A stretch of 64,000 nucleotides of DNA from the human T2T-CHM13v2.0 reference genome, Homo sapiens, in assembly GCF_009914755.1 (NCBI RefSeq), contig NC_060939.1. One strand, given 5' to 3'. The notes under the pieces were generated by a model that saw nothing but the letters and a program-made list of their open reading frames with translations, was not told the origin of the DNA and did no database searches. Each line of letters starts with the position of its first letter. Positions within the stretch are counted from its first letter, which is position 1. The position numbers and the translations under genes were made by a program. Shown here one piece after another: positions 57,666 through 64,000 of this stretch.

Positions 57666-59994
57666 ATGGCTGTCTTGGAGACCGTTCCTGCTGTATCCTA
57701 ACTTGCCAGGTAGTTTTCTTTTCCCCGACATCGGTGCTGCTCAAGGGAAGGACCCCGATTAATAGGTGTGAGTATGTTTTGGTTTTAAACTATACATTCC
57801 CAAGTAGGCAAAGAACTTTCTGGTTTCCAACTTTCTATCTGCCTGGTGAGAGGCAACAAATATTATCATTGACTCCCCTGGAGGATTTTTTGATGTTAAC
57901 TTTCTCCCAGTAGCTGTATTTACCCATGAGAGCAGGGACTAAAGGGTATGTCTACCTGAGCCATCCGCCTGCATCCTATATTTCTCTCTTCATTCTCAGC
58001 ATGTCAGTCTGCCCTTTCTCACTGCCCAGCAAGGTACTTGAATGCAGGAACTTTGTCTCATTCATTTTTGTATCCCCTCTGCCCAGCAAAGCTCAACAAA
58101 TATTTGATAAAGCAATGAGCTTACAGATGGGTGAATTCCTGAACAAATATCAGACGAGAGTGACAATAGGGAAATGCAAAGGGAAGTGAGTGGTGTGGTG
58201 TCCTGGCCAGGATGCCAGGATGCCTGGCATTTGGGTCTGTTGAACTCTGATTTACCTAGAAAGGTTTTAATGGACCTTCCCCACAAAATCCTTTTCTGCA
58301 GGCTCTCTACATGTGTGAACATGATCCAACAGCAACACCACAGTTAGATGCTCCAGAGCCCTGCCTGAAGAGAAATCCTACATCCATCTCCTGCTTAGTA
58401 GGGGAGCACTGAGCAACGTTGGGAGCCATTTATTTCCTTCCTTGGGATCACACTTCTTCCCCAGATGTCTGATTCTGGTTTTCATCTGCAGTGATGGCCT
58501 TCATCTTCTCCCAGGGCACTGGGCCCTGAGATAGCAGAGCTGGCCAGCAGGAGGACTATGTGAGGGCTTCTCTGGGTCCAAAGGGAGTTCCCCCACCCCC
58601 TGGGGTTGGAGGAAGGAAAAGTGGAGGTGCTCCTGCTAGGGTTTTGGGAGCAGCCTCACGGGGGCTCTTGTGGAGGTGGGCATGCCTTGGCACCCCCCTC
58701 TCCTGGCTATTCTGTGCTGTACCCACAAGGCTTCAAGCACCTCCCCAGAGGAGGCAGCCCGATCTTCTCCACCTGGGAGCCATTTCTGAGTCTCCCTCAC
58801 ACCTGAGCTTCCATGGACAGGAGACCTCGGCTAGAGTCTGAGGAGTCTGGGAAGATCTCAAGCCTGTCCCCTTCCCCTAGGCTACAGTACTGGATGCTCA
58901 GCCCTCCACCATTATGGGGGTGTTTCCTGGCCATTCAGCTGATCACTGTTAAGCTATCATTTCTCTCTGGAAAGGATGCCCAGACCCCATCCGTCTACTT
59001 CACCTTCCTGGGTTCCATTCCCTTGTTTCTGGGGCAAGGCTTTTGGGAGGGCTGGAGAGAGAGAGGATGAGGGGACAGGAGAAGGACACTTTGGGCTTTC
59101 TGTCCTCCTCCTGTCCTGCCTTAGCTGGCGCCCTTCACTCCCTGTCTCCTGCCTCTGACTGGAACGAGAAAATACCTTGCACATCCCAGGTCCACCCAGC
59201 CAACCTGACTGGTCCAGTAAGCTGTTTCTTCTGCATTTCAGCCCTGGTTCCTGATTCTACATCCCCCAGGTCTCTACCATTCCACTCTCAGCTTCCTCCT
59301 CCTTGCCACCCAATTCTTCTTGGCTTCCCATCACTTCCCCTCTCTTTTACCTCTCTGCCCCTGTCTCGCCAAAGGCTCTCTCCTGTCTGTGGTTCTACTT
59401 GATCTCCGTAACTTTTTCCTTCCCTCCATTCACCCTGGACATTTTGCCCTCATGATTTCTCCTTTCCTCTTGTGTATTTGTCTCTTGATGACCCATTTTC
59501 CTTTCAGAGAAACTGAGGCTCAGATAGGTCAGGGGTGATGGCCTACATGGGACAGCAGGACTTAGTAGACAAGGCCTTGCATCCTTGCGGCCCTGCTTTC
59601 TGTCTCATCCCTCTTCCCTTTTGTCTTGGTCAGCCGCCCAAAGGCTCCAGCTCTGCATCCAGCAGGGGAGCCCCTTGGGGGGTTCCAGAGTCCACAACTG
59701 CACACCCGTCACCTTCACCCACTGCCTTGTTGTAGCAAACCTGCAGCCACCCTGTATATTGTATATGTATATTTATCTATTTGTATATAGATATACAATT
59801 TCAAGAACCTACTAAAGGAGGAAGCCTCACTGCTATGCAGCCTGACAGGTTATCAAGTGGGCCTCTTTGAATCCCTTTTTGCTTCTAGGAGAGTTGGGAA
59901 CCATGAGGTGCCCCCCTGCAGACCCCAGAGCTGCTGCCTTCCCCAGGTGTGCAGGAGGTTTGTAGGAGACGGGGCCCCTTGGCTGCCCAAGCTG

Positions 59995-60085
59995 CCACCC
60001 CTCCCCCACCCGCCCAGTGGCAGTTGCGTCCGTTGGGGCTTCTGGGGCAGCCCACAGGGTTCCGAGCATGTGCTGGCAGTTGCTC
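59995..60085. promoter_or_regulatory. SPATA8 proximal (probably bidirectional) promoter with three MYB/A-MYB motifs and a GC box
   Basis: ccccacccgccc 60004-60015; TGGCAGTTG 60018-60026; CCGTTGG 60030-60036; TGGCAGTTG 60074-60082; 200-270 bp upstream of the SPATA8 ATG. Confidence 0.7.
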
Positions 60086-60288
60086 TTTGGAGCACCCACT
60101 TCACTTCTCCCATGTAGTTCCTGAGTGCAGGACTCTCCTGAAGAAGGGGCTTCTAAAAGGCCAGCCCATGCATCTTGTTCAGACCAGGCTGCTCCATCTC
60201 CGCTAAGCCCAGGGATCCACTTGTGTGTCTTTCTGGGATAATTGTCTTTAGTGGCAGCCTGGGCCTCGGGGAAGGAAGGGCATGAGGA

Positions 60289-61750
60289 ATGGCCCCGGCT
60301 GGGATGTCAGGGGCCCAGGACAACTCCTGTCTCTACCAGGAAATTGCCCCCTCTTTTCAGAGGCTGCCTTGTCCTAGGTATCTGATGTCCTGCCCTTGGC
60401 AGTTTTCAACTCCAGATGTAGGTCTGACTCCTATTAGGCTACCATTTCTTTGTGGGAAGACAGGTATGAAATTGCAGCATTCCTAATTCTCTTAATGTGA
60501 ATTGTCAGAGCCCCTTCAGACCGGTGGCTGGGGCCAGGCATGAGAGGCAGGTGGTAAGGGCAAGAGGAGCAGCCCCTGTGCACTTGGGGAGGCTGGAAGG
60601 GTTGGCGAAAGGAGCTGAAAACACCCTAGATTCCCCAAATGGCATGAAGAGATCCCAGCCCTGAGGCACCTCCCACTCAAGCCGGAGATGAGCTTTTCCC
60701 AAAATCCAACTCTATGAGGCTCTCACTCAATGTGGGCTCCTGATGCTGAGGGGACATCCTGACACCCCTGTGTTCTCTTCTGCAGAACCTCGTCGTGACA
60801 TTTCTCAGAAGCCATGACATGTCCCTGCGGCTGGAGGCCTTTCAAGGGTGGCCCAGGAGGCCTCAAGGGCCCGGTGTGGCCTGCAAAGGAAGGTAAGTAG
60901 GTGGCAGGGCTGAGTCTGTGCCTCAAAAGCCAACACTCCAGTTTCTTGACTTCCTCCCTTCTCCATTTCCTGAACCTGGATGGGTGCTGCCGGGGATGGT
61001 GGGAGGGATGAGACGGAGGACCCCATTCATTTGTTAGGAGATCCAGAGTTCAGCCTCTCCAGTGCCTTGGCTGCCCCCTTCCTCACTCCCAAGTGCTGCT
61101 CGTGCATATTTACTCATTGCTCCCTTTTCCTGAGATGGTGCGTATTCTCCTTTAAGAAGTGTAAACCAGACGAGTCTCTTCGGTGATAGCTCAAGGCATA
61201 GTCAGCTGCCCACTACTGAGCCTCCTCCCTTCCTTCAGCCTCTGCCCTCTCCAAGCTCACTCTGGCCTTTCTTATCCTAGGTAGGCTCCTGTCCTTTGTC
61301 TCTATTTTTGCCTTTGATCACAACTTCTCTCCTGTTGTCCCTTTGGAATGGCAGCATCATTCTGCAGCTTCTCGGTCAGCATGGGTTATGGGTTTGTGCC
61401 AACAGCGATGCATGCTGTCCCCAGAGTGGCTGGATGGGCCTTGGACAATCACTCATGTACCCAAATGTGTTCTCCAGATAACCTTTCCTCTGTGTATACG
61501 AAGAGAGAACGTTTAGGGAGCACTGTTCTCCTTCTCACCCATTCTCTCTGTTTTCCTCTCCATCATCTGGGATGTCTTTCTCTGTGTGCCATTCTGCCTC
61601 TAATTATCCTCTTTTTCTTTGTTTACAGAGAACAGCTGTTCTCACGGAAGGATCCAAAGGGTTCAAAGGCGAAGGGTGCCATCTGCTTCCCCACTGATTC
61701 AGAAGATAAACAGGAGAAGTGTCCTGTTTCACCCATATTGCTGGTCCTGA
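60289..61750 (+). CDS. SPATA8: SPATA8 (spermatogenesis associated 8), join(60289..60377,60786..60892,61629..61750); 105-codon frame with premature TGA at codon 34 in this haplotype
   Basis: Canonical splice sites: AG|gtatct, ttctcttctgcag|A, AAG|gtaagt, tttgtttacag|AG. Phases join into 318 nt: MAPAGMSGAQDNSCLYQEIAPSFQRLPCPRTSS*HFSEAMTCPCGWRPFKGGPGGLKGPVWPAKEENSCSHGRIQRVQRRRVPSASPLIQKINRRSVLFHPYCWS, matching recalled SPATA8. Confidence 0.9.
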
Positions 61751-62217
61751 TTTTTCAATAGTGTCCCTACCCTGAAGCTCTTCCATTGGTCATCATGGAG
61801 TTAGCTAACAGCCCAGGGAACTGGTCTCTTTTCCCTTTTCCCTTACCACCTGGAACTCACCTGGAAAGGGCAATCAGCTGGCTCTATATCAGACGCCACC
61901 ACCTGGTCTTTGAAGTTTCTGTCCTACCAGTGCCACAGCTCCCTCTCCCACTTCTGAACTACCTCCAAGAGAGACCATCCTCAGCAGCCTAGTATGTTAT
62001 GCTAGTCCTGGAATGGTGTATTCTGGATGTCTACTCAAGGCCAAACCCCAGTATTGCCTTTCGTTTCCCTATTCAAGGCCAAGGCTAGATTCTCTTCATT
62101 GTCTCCATTTCTCTTTCTCCAGAGCTCCTATAGGGCAAGACACTGTTTCTCATATATTTCTGGATCCTTGGAGCTTAGCTCGGAGCTTGGCATACATGCC
62201 CAGCATGAACTTTTCTG

Positions 62218-62290
62218 AATAAAATAATTTCAAATGCTGTATACAGGATACTGTTTGGTTTTTTTTTTTGTTTGTTTGTTTTTTTTTTTT
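62218..62290 (+). terminator. Probable SPATA8 polyadenylation signal with downstream U/GU-rich element
   Basis: AATAAA 62218-62223, the first such hexamer I see after the stop codon, followed by a T/GT-rich tract at 62253-62290. Confidence 0.6.
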
Positions 62291-62866
62291 CTGAAATTAG
62301 AACTAAAAGCAGCTGAAAGCAAGCTTGGGGGCCATCCTGGCATGCTCAGGGAGAAAAATGAGGGGGATGAGGGCCATGAGACAGGCATGCGTGTGTTCAG
62401 AAGGGGATTTAAGGACCAGTGTGCCTACTGGGGCAGAGTTAAGACTCAGCACACACAAGGCTGATCTTGAGGGCACTTCATGAATTTCAGATTCAGGGAC
62501 TATTATAGACCTTGAAGCAACCTATCATGAGTGGTAGTTGTTGCAACAACACTGGAAAAAGAGACATTTCATCATACTGTGATCCAAGAGGGATTTCATT
62601 CTCTGCCTAGGTAAGACTCTAGGAATTGTTGTGGGAATAGAACTGAGATTTGAAATATTTATCCACCTACTGTCTCTATTCACCTTTAGGCTCTACTATT
62701 CCATTTCCATTTTGTTCACAGAGATATATGGGCCAGGTTTCTAGTTACAGATTCAAAAGCTAATATCTTAAAATCTCTTTCTGAATCTCCAACTGACAAG
62801 TTTCCTGGTAAGATAAAAAATGTGAGTGAATTAGCTTCTGCAGTCAAAAATTCTGTGTGTCTGTAT

Positions 62867-63008
62867 CCTGGTGCAGGGACATGCACACAAGTGTGTGGTT
62901 TAAGCTTGTATGTGCCAGTGTGCTGGATTCAATGCACTCTACACAACTGTGGCCACAATGTTGCTACTCTGTTGCCTCTCCCACTAGAGATTCTTTACAA
63001 TGGTGATG
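62867..63008 (+). repeat. Segment B (paralog of 41534-41676)
   Basis: Same alignment as local duplication B. Confidence 0.95.
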
Positions 63009-63407
63009 GCTAAACAGAGTATGATGTTGAAAAAGATGTCAACATCAAGACCAGGGAGAGACAAAAACAACATAGAGATCAATGAGCAGTAACTGACATG
63101 GAGGGCCACTGAGGCCTGTGGAGTCTGTGTCTTCCATATCTCCGTATCTTCCCTGTTGTATCCCTCTTCTCTATTCTCACTGTCAGTGTTTGGACTGAGA
63201 CTAACAGCTCTTCTGTAGCCTTCTAAACCTACTCCCCCATCACTCTCCACACTTTCCCCAGATTGCCCTTTCTCAAACTTGCATATGACGAAATGCCTTA
63301 CAAGCTGCAAGCCGCCTGGGACTCTCCACTGCTCCTGCTCACTGCCATGCCAGTCCTTGTTTTGTCTCCTAATTATCCTTCAGGTCCAGCTCAAGTCTTC
63401 CCTTTCT

Positions 63408-63576
63408 TGTAGGAATGATTAGCTTTATGTGTCATTTGGGCTAGACTATATTACCTAGTTATTCAATTGAACGTGGATCTACATGTTGCCAAGAGGGTAT
63501 TTTGCAGATGTGTTTATATAATAAGTTGAACTTTGATAAAGATTATGTTGGATAATCTGGGAGGACTTCATCCAAT
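63408..63576 (+). mobile_element. MLT2-like (ERVL) LTR 5' part
   Basis: tttatgtgtcatttgggctagacta..gggtattttgcagatgtg..ggataatctgggaggacttcatccaat resembles the MLT2 5' end. Confidence 0.55.
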
Positions 63577-64000
63577 TGAGACAGAGTAGAGATGGGGCTT
63601 CCTTCAGCTCATCACCACTAGAGCATTCTCCCATGCATTCCCACTGATCACAAAACCCACATCACTACCTCACTGCTAAGAATTCCAGGAACTGGCCTTA
63701 GGAGATAACCAAGGTTGTGGAGTGTCCCACCTTTGGAAAGAATGCTGAACAATTGATTTACAGCCTTGTTGCTGCTGGCAAGACCACCAGGTTGCCCAAT
63801 ATTTAAGGTAACCATAATAACCAGATAATGCCAACTTGCATACCCCACCCGCCGCCTCCCACCGGCTTTGCCCAGTCCAACCTACACACCCTACCCCTGA
63901 TGTCAGTTCCCATGCTTGCTTAAAAAGAAAGTCCAACTGGCACTTTTCAGAGAGTTGGGGGAATTTATCTCCCTCTCTCTTTGCTGCCCTCGTTATGTCT
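63577..64000 (+). mobile_element. ERVL-type LTR (MER74-like) nested in the MLT2-like element; runs off the window
   Basis: Begins tgagacagagtagagatggggctt..cactagagcattc..cactgatcacaaaacccac; family assignment is from memory. Confidence 0.5.

Noticed and set aside
60289-60486. 65-aa unspliced ORF from the ORF track
   Set aside because: SPATA8 exon 1 reading into intron 1; the spliced model is preferred.
61560-61577. ccatcatctgggatgtct matching the start of the 54895/57399 repeat
   Set aside because: Only ~18 bp, does not extend, and is not at the expected position in the unit; not counted as a copy.

Overview
Primate, most likely human, genomic DNA. I recognise it as the SPATA8 / FAM149B1P1 region of 15q26.2, from recalled protein sequences rather than a database search. 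The left ~44 kb is AT-rich intergenic DNA with Alu, L1, L2, MIR, MER58 and LTR remnants. It also holds a TSD-flanked processed pseudogene of FAM149B1 (33.3-35.4 kb) and a small CpG island at 41.2 kb. The right ~19 kb is GC-richer and poor in young transposons. It carries the three-exon SPATA8 ORF, here with a premature TGA at codon 34. Main observations: (1) ~46-62 kb appears to be an ancient, heavily decayed tandem array of ~2.0-2.6-kb units, with SPATA8 built from the last unit(s). (2) A tight cluster of MYB/A-MYB motifs sits just upstream of SPATA8, as expected for a divergent pachytene piRNA-precursor promoter (inference). (3) A chimeric cassette at 41.37-41.68 kb joins two ~92-93% identical pieces from 56.6 kb and 62.9 kb directly behind a CpG-island promoter. 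Repeat subfamily names and old-repeat boundaries are approximate, by-eye calls.
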